Source: a bacterium (GTDB lineage Bacteria > Patescibacteriota > Minisyncoccia > Phycocordibacterales > CAIZLB01). From it: a DNA stretch of 64,000 nucleotides. The position numbers and the translations under genes are program-made. Positions 48,897 through 59,621 of this stretch are shown here, piece by piece. How positions within the stretch are numbered: the first letter of the stretch is position 1; each line of letters opens with the position of its first letter. The stretch lies in the NCBI GenBank assembly GCA_031411135.1, contig JANOAN010000009.1:7175-71174 (forward strand), given 5' to 3'. A model generated the notes under the pieces. The model was not told the origin of the DNA, made no database searches, and saw only the letters and a list, made by a program, of their open reading frames with translations.

Positions 48897-49358
48897 ATGT
48901 CAGTGCATAAAAACTTCACCCACACTTCAGACTTCATAATATATACCCTCTTACTATTAAGTGTGTTCTTAGAATGGCTTTTTCCTACTGATCTTGGAAT
49001 AAACAGATTTGTCTCCGTGACATTAGGGGTATTTATGCTTTTAAGTTCATGGCTACTAATTTTTATTGCAAAATATCAGTTTAAAATGCACGGACAAAAA
49101 AGTGGACCAGGAAATCAAACGACCTCACTTATTCAGAGCGGACTTTTCAAATACAGTCGAAATCCAATTTATCTTGGAGTGATTTTTATCATTCCAGCTA
49201 TTGGATTAATTATAAGCAGTATATGGCTAATCTTAACAATCATTCCCTGCTTTTGTATGCTTAAAAAAATCTTGATTGAACCTGAGGAAAAGTATCTTTT
49301 GGGTAAGTTTAGTGGTGAATATGTAGATTATTGTAAGAAAGTTGGACGGTGGTTTTAA
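48897..49358 (+). CDS. Isoprenylcysteine carboxyl / phospholipid methyltransferase-family membrane protein
   Basis: FKYSRNPIYLGVIF ... EPEEKYLLGKFSGEYVDYCKKVGRWF (ICMT/PEMT C-terminal signature). Confidence 0.65.
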   Translation: MSVHKNFTHTSDFIIYTLLLLSVFLEWLFPTDLGINRFVSVTLGVFMLLSSWLLIFIAKYQFKMHGQKSGPGNQTTSLIQSGLFKYSRNPIYLGVIFIIPAIGLIISSIWLILTIIPCFCMLKKILIEPEEKYLLGKFSGEYVDYCKKVGRWF

Positions 49359-49398
49359 TTGGTATGCACAAATGCAAAAAAGCTGGTAATATCAAAAT

Positions 49399-50031
49399 AT
49401 GAAGCCCGAATCCCAACCAAAAATGGAAGCTGAGAAAAGTGGAAAATTTTTAGAATTGTATAAGCTGGAAAGAGCAGAAATGGAAAAACTTCAAGAAAGA
49501 ATCCGCGAAAGCGACGGATTTATAAGAGTTTTTATGCACGTACTCAGTTATATAGACCCCGCCAATTTGCAACACCCGAATGAAATGAAAACTCTTTTGG
49601 TTGCTGGAGGAGTAATGCGATCAGAAAATCAACAACCAATATTCCTTTTTGAAAATGAATTTAGAGTACAAGAAGTTATAAATCTTTTAAATCAGCAAGG
49701 GGGACTACTTAAAGATACTTACATTATTCCAACTTTAAATGGTTGGGGTTATCCTGTCATACCAAACAATTTAGAAAATAGAGATGCTAACGAATATAAG
49801 CAAAAAGCTGGAATATTCTTTGCAAAACTTTTGACAGATTTAGGAGTCACAAAAATTATGGCTGGTGGAAAAGAACTTGAGGTAAAAGATGAACAGCTTG
49901 AGAATTGTCTTGGAAACTTTATACGATTTATACAAAACTATAGTGAAATTGAAGTTAAGCTGTCATTAGGGTCATCTCCGCTTAATCGGAACTCTGAAGA
50001 AATAAGAGATGGTCACCCTGAATTGTTATAA
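49399..50031 (+). CDS. Hypothetical protein
   Basis: 210-aa soluble protein. No motif recognised. Confidence 0.35.
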   Translation: MKPESQPKMEAEKSGKFLELYKLERAEMEKLQERIRESDGFIRVFMHVLSYIDPANLQHPNEMKTLLVAGGVMRSENQQPIFLFENEFRVQEVINLLNQQGGLLKDTYIIPTLNGWGYPVIPNNLENRDANEYKQKAGIFFAKLLTDLGVTKIMAGGKELEVKDEQLENCLGNFIRFIQNYSEIEVKLSLGSSPLNRNSEEIRDGHPELL

Positions 50032-50075
50032 TAAGTACACCTTGATTTTTCCCCCATATACTGCAATATATAGAT

Positions 50076-52043
50076 GTGTATATCGTCACAGTCTCTCCTA
50101 TCGCTCGCGGTGCCTTTACTGACCAACTAACTTATTGGTCAGCGCACTTTTTCAACCCCGGATCAATCATCTCAGTTCCCTTCCGAAGCAAAGAAATCAG
50201 CGCCTTGGTCCAGCGATGTGAATCAGCATCAGACGCAAAAATGGGAGTAAAGAATGCAAATTTTGAAGCGAGGAAAATCGAAGAGCACGCAAAAGAGATA
50301 AAATTAATAAGAAGCGAATCCGTCGAAGCAGCACGTTTCATCAGTGAATTTTATTGTCTACCCATTGGATCTGTCTTATCAGCATTTATTCCGAGTTGTG
50401 CTTTTAGTATAAAAGAAAGTTCAGTACAAGAAGAAAAAAAGCCAGATATAATAAAAATTGATACTAACGAGAGTGGTGTAAAAAGTAACCCTCCTGCTGC
50501 AATTATTGTATCTCGTGCTCCATCATCTGAAACCCTGACTGTCCAATCTGCCACCGAAGATCGGGCAAAAACTTACAAAAGTATTATCAGAGAAGAATTT
50601 GCTCGCAGGAAATCAGTCTTGGTAATTGCCCCTCGCATCATTGATGCTGAAAATATTTTTGAACAATTAACAAAAGGTATTGAAGGATCGGGGGTCATAA
50701 TTCACAGCGGAATGTCTAAAAAGAAAATTGAAGAAGAGTGGCAAAGGGCAAAAAGTGCCAATCATTCAATCATTTATGTTTCGACCCCGGGTTTCTCTAT
50801 GATTCCCCGAGACGACATTAGTGTCATCATAATAGAGCAAGAAGCTTCAAGAATGTATTTTGCTGGATGGTCTCCGATAATTGATTGGAGAATGGCTATT
50901 GAAAAGTACGGATCTCTCATCGGCGCTCGGGTGGTTTTAGGAGACACATTACTTCGAATTGAAACTCTAGAAAGGCGAGATAATGGCTTAATAAGCGATA
51001 TTTCCCAAGCGGTTTTTCGCGTTGAAAAAGCTCCGCAAACAATTATTGTAGACATGAACGATAAGGAGCACAAAATCAAAGACGGCTTTAAATTAATTAG
51101 TGAGGAACTATGGTCAATGATCGGTTACGCTAAAAAGAAGAACGAACGCATGGTAATTTTTTGTTCAAGACGTGGCCTCTCACCACAAACCCTATGTGGT
51201 GACTGTGGAAAAACAGTCATGTGTACACGGTGCAGTTCCCCCGTCGTTTTGCACCAGCCAAAATCTGGTGACAGATTTTTCCTTTGTCACCATTGCGGAG
51301 AAAAACGCTCTGCTCTAGAGGCTTGCAAGAATTGTGGAGGGTGGAAGTTAACTACCCTCGGAATTGGTATAGATACGATTGGCACACTAGTTGAAAAAAA
51401 ATATCCTGATTCAAAAATCTTCAAAATCGATAAAGATGCAATTAAAAAAGAATCCGATGGCAAGAAGATAATAAAGGATTTTCTAAAAAACGATCATGCC
51501 ATACTTTTGATTACTGAAACCGGATTGCCATTCATACCCACTGTTCCATATATCGCAATCGCCTCATTTGATTCCCTATTCTCAATTCCTGATTTTAGAA
51601 TTAGCGAGAGGATTGTTCACAACCTAATAGATCTAGCAGAAAAAACTGAGAAGTACTTCTTGATTCAATCTCGAAATGCAGAGTCACCACTTTTAAAAAC
51701 TGTTGCGGGTGGCGGACTGATGGAATTTTTCCGAATGGAATTAGAAGCTCGCGAAAAAATGGAATATCCACCATTTATGACTTTTATAAAATTGACTATT
51801 TCTGCACCAAAAGCCACAGCGATGGAAATTCTGGAAGACTTACAGGAAAAACTCCAAGAATGGTCACCGATTATCTTCCCTGCCTTCACTGCCACTGTAA
51901 AAAATGAAGTGGTTATGAATATTTTATTGAAAATCGAGAACGATTACTGGAAAGATGTTGAAAAGAGCAAGTCACTCCGTCAAATTATCCTATCCCTATC
52001 GAGAGAGATCACCGTTCAGATAAATCCAGAAAGTATGTTATAA
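50076..52043 (+). CDS. priA: Primosomal protein N' (PriA) homologue with degenerate Walker A/B motifs
   Basis: PriA Cys-cluster CGDCG..C.RC......H.......CHHCG..R.....CKNCG aligns with E. coli PriA. Helicase motif I reads SRAPSSETLTV instead of GVTGSGKTEVY. Motif II reads IIIEQEAS instead of VVDEEHD. Synteny priA-def-fmt is retained. Confidence 0.75.
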   Translation: MYIVTVSPIARGAFTDQLTYWSAHFFNPGSIISVPFRSKEISALVQRCESASDAKMGVKNANFEARKIEEHAKEIKLIRSESVEAARFISEFYCLPIGSVLSAFIPSCAFSIKESSVQEEKKPDIIKIDTNESGVKSNPPAAIIVSRAPSSETLTVQSATEDRAKTYKSIIREEFARRKSVLVIAPRIIDAENIFEQLTKGIEGSGVIIHSGMSKKKIEEEWQRAKSANHSIIYVSTPGFSMIPRDDISVIIIEQEASRMYFAGWSPIIDWRMAIEKYGSLIGARVVLGDTLLRIETLERRDNGLISDISQAVFRVEKAPQTIIVDMNDKEHKIKDGFKLISEELWSMIGYAKKKNERMVIFCSRRGLSPQTLCGDCGKTVMCTRCSSPVVLHQPKSGDRFFLCHHCGEKRSALEACKNCGGWKLTTLGIGIDTIGTLVEKKYPDSKIFKIDKDAIKKESDGKKIIKDFLKNDHAILLITETGLPFIPTVPYIAIASFDSLFSIPDFRISERIVHNLIDLAEKTEKYFLIQSRNAESPLLKTVAGGGLMEFFRMELEAREKMEYPPFMTFIKLTISAPKATAMEILEDLQEKLQEWSPIIFPAFTATVKNEVVMNILLKIENDYWKDVEKSKSLRQIILSLSREITVQINPESML

Positions 52044-52622
52044 ATGTCGTATATGGCAACTAAAAAAATACCCCCATCCCCAATTGAAATTGTTCAACAG
52101 GATAACCCCGTATTGCGTAAAAAAGCCCAAGCAGTGCCTTTAGATGAAATACCAACACCTAAAATCCAGAAAATCATAGCAGATATGATCAAGGCATTAG
52201 ACTCGCAAGATGACGGAGTGGGTATTGCTGCGCCTCAAATTGGCCATTCATTGGCTATTTTTGCAATCTCTGGCAAGGCACTCGAAAGAATTAATCAAGC
52301 CAAAGATGGTGACGAAGCTCCCAAAAAAACTTACAAAAATCTAGTATTTATAAATCCAAGAATTATTAAACTTTCAAAAGAAAAAAAGTGGATGGACGAA
52401 GGTTGTCTATCTGTTAGATGGCTTTATGGAAAAGTAGAGCGATCAATTCGCGCTACAGTATCTGCATATGATGAGAATGGAAAAAGTTTTGAGAGAGGTG
52501 GAGGTGGAGTTTTAGCTCATATTTATCAGCACGAAGTCGACCATTTAAACGGAACACTATTTATCGACAAAGCAGTGGATTTAGAAGAAATGGAACCTGA
52601 GGAAAACGAAAATGCAAAATAA
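52044..52622 (+). CDS. def: Peptide deformylase
   Basis: GVGIAAPQIG, EGCLS, QHEVDHLNG. Confidence 0.9.
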   Translation: MSYMATKKIPPSPIEIVQQDNPVLRKKAQAVPLDEIPTPKIQKIIADMIKALDSQDDGVGIAAPQIGHSLAIFAISGKALERINQAKDGDEAPKKTYKNLVFINPRIIKLSKEKKWMDEGCLSVRWLYGKVERSIRATVSAYDENGKSFERGGGGVLAHIYQHEVDHLNGTLFIDKAVDLEEMEPEENENAK

Positions 52623-53466
52623 GATTATTTTTTTCGGAACTTCAATATTTTCAGTAGAGGTTTTAGAGCAATTAAAAGTACAAGGATTAGTTCCTGATGT
52701 AATTGTTACAACAACGGACAAACCCCAAGGAAGAAAACTCGTCATGACTCCTCCACCGGCTAAAATTTGGGCAACGGAAAATAATGTTCAGGTATTTCAA
52801 TTTGAAAAGTTAAAAGATGAGGCAGTTGAAACATTAAAGTCTTTAAACGCAGACTTATTTATTGTAGCTTCATATGGAAAAATTATTCCTCAGGCGGTTT
52901 TGGATATACCACCGAAGGGAGCCTTGAATATTCACCCTTCTCTCCTGCCGGAATATCGTGGGCCTTCCCCGCTTCAAACTTGCATTTTAGATGACTGTAA
53001 AAATATTGGAGTGACGATTATAAAAATGGACGCGGAAATGGATCATGGGCCAATTGTTTACATGAAGCCATTTGAAATTCCAAATTGGCCAGTGAATGTT
53101 CTGGAACTTAAGAAAATTTTAGCAATTAAAGCAGCAGATATGCTTATTAGAATTTTACCTGCGTGGCTTGTTGGGACCGCTTTAATTATCGAGCAAGCTC
53201 ATGACCAGGCAACCTTCACAAAAAAGATTGTAAAAGCAGATGGTGAAATTGATTTGAGCGGAGATCAGTGGAAAAACTACTTAAAAACACAGGCATTTTT
53301 TGGCTGGCCAGGAACTTTCTTTTTTACTGAAAGGCATGGAAGGAAAATCAGAGTGAAGATAAATAGCGCTTCTTTTGATAAAGAAAATAATAAATTAGTT
53401 ATCGAGAGAGTCACCCCAGAAGGAGGAAAGGAAATGAGGTACGATGATTTCTTAAGGGGAATTTAG
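52612..53466 (+). CDS. fmt: Methionyl-tRNA formyltransferase
   Basis: IIFFGTS N-terminus and NIHPSLLPEYRGPSPLQ formyltransferase motif. Confidence 0.88.
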   Translation: MQNKIIFFGTSIFSVEVLEQLKVQGLVPDVIVTTTDKPQGRKLVMTPPPAKIWATENNVQVFQFEKLKDEAVETLKSLNADLFIVASYGKIIPQAVLDIPPKGALNIHPSLLPEYRGPSPLQTCILDDCKNIGVTIIKMDAEMDHGPIVYMKPFEIPNWPVNVLELKKILAIKAADMLIRILPAWLVGTALIIEQAHDQATFTKKIVKADGEIDLSGDQWKNYLKTQAFFGWPGTFFFTERHGRKIRVKINSASFDKENNKLVIERVTPEGGKEMRYDDFLRGI

Positions 53467-53541
53467 GAATACCCACTTTCCCGTCACCCGTTGACAATTA
53501 ATTAGCAATGGGTGGTCTGGCTCTACCCATTTACAATTCTA

Positions 53542-53901
53542 TTACCCCTTAATCATCCTCTTCACCTTCTGCGCTCCCTTCTTTTTCAAAACTTGATTCT
53601 TGTCTTTGGCAGACGCAAGCATGTCATGGATTTCATCCTTTACAATATCGATCGCAGAATAAATATCAGTTGATTCTGCCACAGCATAAGGATTTTTTCC
53701 CTTAGTCATTTTTTCCTTGTTGATTCTGATTTCTGCTTTGAAGACATCTCCTTTCTTGTGGTGTTTAGTTGTACGAGCCAATTCGACGACAACTATTGCT
53801 TCGTCGTGTAGAAATTTCTTTATGGTTGAAAGCTTCTTTGTTAAATACTGATTGATTTTGTCGTTAATCTCAACATTCGTAGCTTTGATGGTGATGTTCA
53901 T
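53542..53901 (-). CDS. hpf: Ribosome hibernation promoting factor (HPF/RaiA)
   Basis: MNITIKATNVEINDKINQYLTKKL... typical of HPF. Start moved to the internal Met. Confidence 0.7.
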   Translation of the reverse strand: MNITIKATNVEINDKINQYLTKKLSTIKKFLHDEAIVVVELARTTKHHKKGDVFKAEIRINKEKMTKGKNPYAVAESTDIYSAIDIVKDEIHDMLASAKDKNQVLKKKGAQKVKRMIKG

Positions 53902-53955
53902 ATATTTAATATTAAGCTGGTATGGAGTCATTATACGACATTATCTTCTTACGAG

Positions 53956-54210
53956 CTATTGCGAGTTAGAAGATAAGAAGTGCCCTTGTGGTACACCTAT
54001 TTCAAGAATCTTACCTCCCATGTGGTGTCCGGTGATTATTTTGATTTTTGAAGTTGAAATACTGAAGTGATTTGCGATTATTTCAATAACCCTCTTGTTA
54101 GCGCGATTCTCTTTGGCAGGCTCTTTTACTGATATTTTGAAGGAAGTGTCTCGGACTTTCTCGAGGTTCTCATGATTTGAGTCTGCGGTGACTTTGACGT
54201 GAATTAGCAT
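53956..54210 (-). CDS. DUF167 (YggU-like) small protein
   Basis: IHVKV.ADSNHE ... ISVKEPAKENRANKRVIEI.A..F.IS.SKIKII.G pattern. Confidence 0.5.
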   Translation of the reverse strand: MLIHVKVTADSNHENLEKVRDTSFKISVKEPAKENRANKRVIEIIANHFSISTSKIKIITGHHMGGKILEIGVPQGHFLSSNSQ

Positions 54211-54279
54211 AGAATTAACTTGATTATTGCATAATCTTTAGCTATGATGAAGCCCAGCAACAACGGTGTTGCGATACAT

Positions 54280-54351
54280 TCCCCTGTAGCTCAGCGGTAG
54301 AGCAATCGACTGTTAATCGATTGGTCGTAGGTTCGATCCCTACCGGGGGAG
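54280..54351 (+). tRNA. tRNA-Asn (anticodon GUU)
   Basis: 72-nt cloverleaf: acceptor TCCCCTG/CGGGGGA, D-arm GCTC-AGCGGTA-GAGC, anticodon arm ATCGA-CTGTTAA-TCGAT, T-arm GTAGG-TTCGATC-CCTAC, discriminator G. Confidence 0.85.
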
Positions 54352-55899
54352 CATAGAAGTGATTTTAGCCTCAGAATAAGCTTTTGCGTTGTCAGCAAAG
54401 GCTTTTTTGAGTTCGAAATTGTTTTCGAAGCTAAGCACTCGGTCACGGTACTTTCGAACTGGCGTTTTTAGCTCGTACTTCACTGAACCGTCTTTAATGA
54501 TGATTTCACTGAATAGATTTTGCAGAAGCAGTCTTTTGTCACCTGATGATTTTCGTTTGTTGTAGATGCTCTTAGCCCTCTGAGCAAGGTCAAGAATGTC
54601 GATATATGTCTCAAAGTATTCAGCTTCCTGATTTTTGAGTTTCTCTAGCTCAGCTTGGATTTTCTTTTGGTCAGCGATAGCTGTATCGTTCTTGGTTCGC
54701 CACATCTCAGTAGAAATATCACCTGAGAGCTTATCATCGTACATACGGTCTATTTTGACCTGTAGAGAGGTGTATTGAGCGTTCAGTGTCGATATGACAC
54801 TTAGCTTGTACTCAGCTTCTTTCTTGTGATTTTCTTTTATACGCCTCTGTATCTCTTTTGCTTCTTCAGCCGTAATGCTTTCGAATACGCTCATCACATC
54901 AATTAACCTTTTTTCAACACGGTCTTCTCGAACACCACCTTTTTGAGTACAGACTTTGTTGTGTTTACACGCACAATACACTCTGCCTTTTTGCACTTCA
55001 GACGAAATTGTACCCTTACACTCACCACATTTAATCATCTTAGAAAAGATATATTCGTGCCTTTGATAGAAAGGTGCTTTTCCACGAGTTCGCACTTCCT
55101 GAATGATGTCGTAAGTCTCCTTGATAATCAGGGGTTTATGAGTACCCTCACGCAATTCACCTTTCCAAAGGAAGCAACCATAATTGAAAGGGTCTTTAAG
55201 AAACTTCTCAATCTGACTTTTGTATAACCTCTTATCGAACCGAGAGCGAAGACCCACCTCCCACGCTTTTTCTTTAATCGCTTTCATCGAGTAATTACCA
55301 CTCGCATACATCTCAAGCATTTTTCTCGCTTGGTTAAATGTCTTGTCATTTGGTACGAACTCTTTTTTACCTTTCTCACCAACTGATAGATAACCAAGCT
55401 TAAATGAGCCTGGGTATTTACCCTGTGAAGCTTTTTCAGTCTGACCCTTTCGTACTTCTTCAGAAAGGTTATTTGTGTAGAAGCGAGAAATGGCAACTTT
55501 CATATCCCACACAAGGTTTTCGTGTGCTCGTGTATTTCTGCTTACAATAAAGTTTTCTTTGACAAAATGCACCTCGTTTTCACCACTCATTATCCATTCG
55601 CTTATTACCGAGGCGTCTTTGAGATTTCGTGTAAGACGGTCAATTTTCTCAGAGAGAATAAGTTTGATTTTATTCTTTTTTACATAATCAAGCATCTCAT
55701 AAAATACCTTACGGATTTGCTTGCCACTTGCTGACTCAGATATTCTGAATATCTTTACAACATCAATCTGATTTTTATCTGCGTACTGCTCAAGTAAGTG
55801 TTGCTGAGCATCTAGAGAATAGCCAGTATCTTCTTGTTCTTTCGAAGATACACGGCAATATAGAACACATTTTTGACTAAAGTTAGTTGAACTTTTCAT
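54340..55899 (-). mobile_element. Large serine recombinase (integrase). Its last 4 codons overlap the 3' end of tRNA-Asn.
   Basis: N-terminal resolvase domain with catalytic Ser (YCRVSSKEQ), recombinase domain, zinc ribbon C..C...C..C, and coiled-coil C-terminus. 519 aa. Confidence 0.85.
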
Positions 55900-56215
55900 A
55901 GCTTTATTTTATCACTTAATTGCTTATAAATTAACTGCCGAGCTACAACCGAGGTTTACCTTTTTGAATAGGTAACCTTGATATAGCTTCTATGTAGTCA
56001 GAAATGAGATACACGACTACGAGACCCTTTCTGAGAAGACTAGTCATTGGTACTGACTGGAAGTTCATCTTACTCATCTTTTTATCTCTAATCCATATCT
56101 GGAGACCCTACGACACAAATCAGACAGCTCGGTGGCAACCTCGGATAGCCATTTTCCAAGCTTTCGCATTTGTGCCTTAGAAGTCCCTTAATTATTTTCA
56201 CGAAAACTGTCGTCC

Positions 56216-56476
56216 TTAATTTTCGTGTTTCGTAAGAGCATCTTTTTCTTCTCTGCTCTTAAAAGAAGTTTCTTCTGACATTGTAGGCTGTGGCTCACAA
56301 GAGCCTGAAATAGGTTCTCCACTGGTCATTGGAGAACCTATTTCAACCACCTGTGATGTCGCTCGATGCTTTTTAGCATCTTCAAAATCAAAACGAGCTA
56401 ACAAGTCAAAAAACGTGACGATTTCGTCACTTACTTGTACGGCTTCTTTTGTTTTCTGATAACCAGTTAACGACAT
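56216..56476 (-). CDS. Hypothetical small protein (island cargo)
   Basis: 86-aa ORF. Confidence 0.3.
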   Translation of the reverse strand: MSLTGYQKTKEAVQVSDEIVTFFDLLARFDFEDAKKHRATSQVVEIGSPMTSGEPISGSCEPQPTMSEETSFKSREEKDALTKHEN

Positions 56477-56548
56477 AAAGTGTCGTCCGTGGGTGAACCC
56501 TTGGACTACTTTATTGTTGCGTTATTTGGTCTTTAAGTATTCACTGAA

Positions 56549-57367
56549 CTAGCTCAGGTATACCGAAAAAGGTAGTTTCTTTTTCCACTTTGTATAATCT
56601 GCTTTTTTCAGAATGTAACCCTCTAAGGTTTTAAGAGATTTCATATTTTTATTGTGGCTGTGGATAAGCAAAAACCGCACGAGCCATAATTTTGTTAGCT
56701 TCTTATCTTCACCAGTTCTCTTATAAAACTTCTGATATTCTTGCGGATTGATTGTCTGACAAATATTTTTTAGCTGTTCAATACTATACTCAAAGTAGAT
56801 TTCATTTGTGAGCCATTTGTCATCTTTTAAGCCCTCGCTCTGCAACCCCAATTGAGGTATGAAATGCGGTAGATTTCTTTTTTCAGCAATAATCTTTTTT
56901 ATTGAGTACTGAGGTAGAGACAAAAAATCTTTAACCGCCTCGGTCTCAATGCCAGGTGATATTTTGAGATAAATGCAATTATCATTTTCTCCTTGATTAT
57001 GGTCTATCCACTCGATACCACTAAGATTTGAAAGTTTAATCATTTCATCAGTGACACAATCACAAAAGAAAAGTTCAGCCATAAAGTATTTTAACTGAGG
57101 TGTGTTAAGACGATATGCCACCTGAAAATTATCAAGCGTCACTTGTTTCCAAAAACGATAAAAAGCCTTTTTAATACCACCATTCAAGAGTATCTTGAAA
57201 TGCTTTATCCTCTCTGGGAGAGAGCACTCAAGCAAGTAGAAAGTGTCGCCTATATGAAGCTCTTTCCTTATTTTTTGAGCCAGTTTCTTGGTCTTATCAT
57301 TATGGATTTTCTGATAAACGACAAGATTTTTTCTATATAGCTTTTGCTGTAATGGTGACCAGTCCAT
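56549..57367 (-). CDS. Hypothetical protein (island cargo)
   Basis: 272-aa ORF. No motif recognised. Confidence 0.4.
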   Translation of the reverse strand: MDWSPLQQKLYRKNLVVYQKIHNDKTKKLAQKIRKELHIGDTFYLLECSLPERIKHFKILLNGGIKKAFYRFWKQVTLDNFQVAYRLNTPQLKYFMAELFFCDCVTDEMIKLSNLSGIEWIDHNQGENDNCIYLKISPGIETEAVKDFLSLPQYSIKKIIAEKRNLPHFIPQLGLQSEGLKDDKWLTNEIYFEYSIEQLKNICQTINPQEYQKFYKRTGEDKKLTKLWLVRFLLIHSHNKNMKSLKTLEGYILKKADYTKWKKKLPFSVYLS

Positions 57368-57573
57368 AGCACCATTTTAGCAGTTTTAGAGCTTCTAAGC
57401 ACTCAATTATCACTCTGGAAAAAGCCAAGAAAAAGAGAGGCTATTTGTGCAACAAAAGCCAATACCAAAATACTAACTACCAATGCTACTAAGCACGATG
57501 ATACAAAACCAATTATCTCAACAAGATTGAAAAATGCAGATACTATTTTATGTGCTATTGCTTCCATATATCT

Positions 57574-58482
57574 TTACCAAAACTTTAGCTTCCTGAAAAA
57601 CCCAAATACTTTTTGTACGAAGCTTTGCTCGGGTTGTTTTATTTCCTGTTGAAGCGATGAAGTTGTTGTGCTTGTGGCTAGTGTTTTCTCAATCTTTTCA
57701 GTCTCAAATAACTTTGTTTTCTCCTCAGTTTTCTTGGGTATAGTTTTCTGCAATGGAGCTATCTTTGTTGTGATAGTTGGTGTAATTTCTGGAGTTTTTA
57801 CTTCCTCATTTTGTGTAAAAAACTCAGGGTGATACAAGCGATACAGCTCAACGATTTTCAAATAGTTGGCTGGATTGGAGACTTTGAGCAAGTTTATTTT
57901 TGCTGACCATTCATCAGCAGGTAGGGTCTCTAGCCACTCGTACAAATCGCCAATAGTAGCTTGTTTTTGTGGTGCAGTATCTGTTTGATATTTCTGTATG
58001 ACAGTATCTCTTTGCTTGTCATAATACTCATCAATTTCTTTCATCTGCTTCTGTATTTCTTCTATCTGTCTATCTACATCAGCTTGATTATTGACTTGCT
58101 GTTGGTATTGAGATTTTTGAGCCTCAAGAGCACTGATTTGGCTTGAGTATTTGTTATCAATTTTAGTGAACACCTCAGAAGCACCACCCCAAGTTGAGAG
58201 CGTGCCATTCTGAGCTAGCGTACCTGTCGTGTATGTCTTTTCAGTTTCCCATTCCTGACGAAGCTCGGCTATCCTTTGGTCAATGACACTTATGGAAATT
58301 GTAGGACTATTTTGAAGCTGTGACTCTAAGCTCTTAAGGCGATACTCAAGAGCTGATTTTTCCTCTTGCTGTTTGATGTACACATCATTAGGCAAGTAGT
58401 TGTAACTTGTTGCGTATGCAGTAGAAAACACGCTGAAAAAGGCGAATAGAGCCACTGCAAAGGCATATTTATATGTAGGCAT
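57574..58482 (-). CDS. Secreted coiled-coil protein (island cargo)
   Basis: Signal peptide MPTYKYAFAVALFAFFSVFSTAYA, then Gln/Glu-rich coiled coil. Confidence 0.45.
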   Translation of the reverse strand: MPTYKYAFAVALFAFFSVFSTAYATSYNYLPNDVYIKQQEEKSALEYRLKSLESQLQNSPTISISVIDQRIAELRQEWETEKTYTTGTLAQNGTLSTWGGASEVFTKIDNKYSSQISALEAQKSQYQQQVNNQADVDRQIEEIQKQMKEIDEYYDKQRDTVIQKYQTDTAPQKQATIGDLYEWLETLPADEWSAKINLLKVSNPANYLKIVELYRLYHPEFFTQNEEVKTPEITPTITTKIAPLQKTIPKKTEEKTKLFETEKIEKTLATSTTTSSLQQEIKQPEQSFVQKVFGFFRKLKFW

Positions 58483-58741
58483 AGTTGAACACTTCTATAC
58501 CCCAAAACTGGTTTAGCCAAACTGCACTATTAAAAATGGAGAGATTGCAGAAAGGGACAGCCGAGGTGTTCAACTACAACGGGAACCCCAAAGGAGTCCA
58601 ATCATAGAACTCGGACTGCCCCTTTCTGCCTACGATTGGACAGAAAAGGCAAAAAGCCCTCACTCTATGGGTAAAAATCCCTATGTAGTTGAACAAGTAA
58701 AATATAGCACAAAAATAAGCTGAAATTAAGCCCTATTTGCT

Positions 58742-59122
58742 TTAGCTTTTGGAAAGTTCATTTACTCTCTCGATTGACTCTCTCAGCTCATCAGACATTT
58801 CAGGCGAGCGTGACCGATTACGCACTGAGGGACAGCCAAACTCGTGTGGTAGTTTCTTTGATAAATATCGCAAAGCAAAGTGTGCATCTTTCTCTAAGTA
58901 CTCACAAATAGTCTTCCGTGCCTCAAAAATTGGCTTGCTTTTCCACCCTTGTTTTAGCTGTAAAAACTCAGGGTTCTTTTTTTGATAGTTGTAGAGGGTC
59001 TTTTCTGAAATATCTGCGAAAAGACAAGCTTCTGAGTCAGTACAGTCCATATGAAAAGCGGTTTTAAGTTCAGTTAAAACCTTGTCAGTTATTACAGTTG
59101 GTCTTCCTCCTCTTTTTGACAT
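58742..59122 (-). CDS. HTH DNA-binding protein (terminase-small-subunit-like or transposase-like N-terminus)
   Basis: MSKRGGRPTVITDKVL N-terminus is characteristic of phage small terminase / transposase HTH proteins. Confidence 0.4.
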   Translation of the reverse strand: MSKRGGRPTVITDKVLTELKTAFHMDCTDSEACLFADISEKTLYNYQKKNPEFLQLKQGWKSKPIFEARKTICEYLEKDAHFALRYLSKKLPHEFGCPSVRNRSRSPEMSDELRESIERVNELSKS

Positions 59123-59210
59123 ATTGGGAGCTTTTATGTGTTGCCTACACAGGGAGGTGCTTGATAAGGTAATTATATCAAAAAATGGCTGGAAATGTTA
59201 GAATGTTTTT

Positions 59211-59618
59211 ATGAAAGACGACGCTACATTCTTTGTTGGACAAAAAGCTTTTATAAGAAAGGGTGATGAGGTTTTAGTACTTAATGACCCCAAGGAGGGC
59301 TTAGATTTTGCTGGTGGAAAGATACAGGAGGGTGAAGATGATTTGGTTACGTCACTCCAAAGAGAGGTGCGTGAAGAAACTGGACTTGAGATAAAAGTTG
59401 GTAACCCTTTTACTACTTGGGTCAATGAGTTTCCTGTACATCATAGATTTGCTGGTAAAAAAGTATTTCTAGTGGGTTATAAGTGTGAATATGTTTCAGG
59501 TGATATTACTTTGAGCGATGAACACAATAATTTTCACTGGGTCAATAAAGACAATTTTAATGAAGTCAGTGACGGCTCTGTTTTCTTTGACGCCCTTAAA
59601 AAATACTTTACTGAATAA
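59211..59618 (+). CDS. Nudix hydrolase
   Basis: Nudix box GGKIQEGEDDLVTSLQREVREETGL. Confidence 0.8.
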   Translation: MKDDATFFVGQKAFIRKGDEVLVLNDPKEGLDFAGGKIQEGEDDLVTSLQREVREETGLEIKVGNPFTTWVNEFPVHHRFAGKKVFLVGYKCEYVSGDITLSDEHNNFHWVNKDNFNEVSDGSVFFDALKKYFTE

Positions 59619-59621
59619 TCT

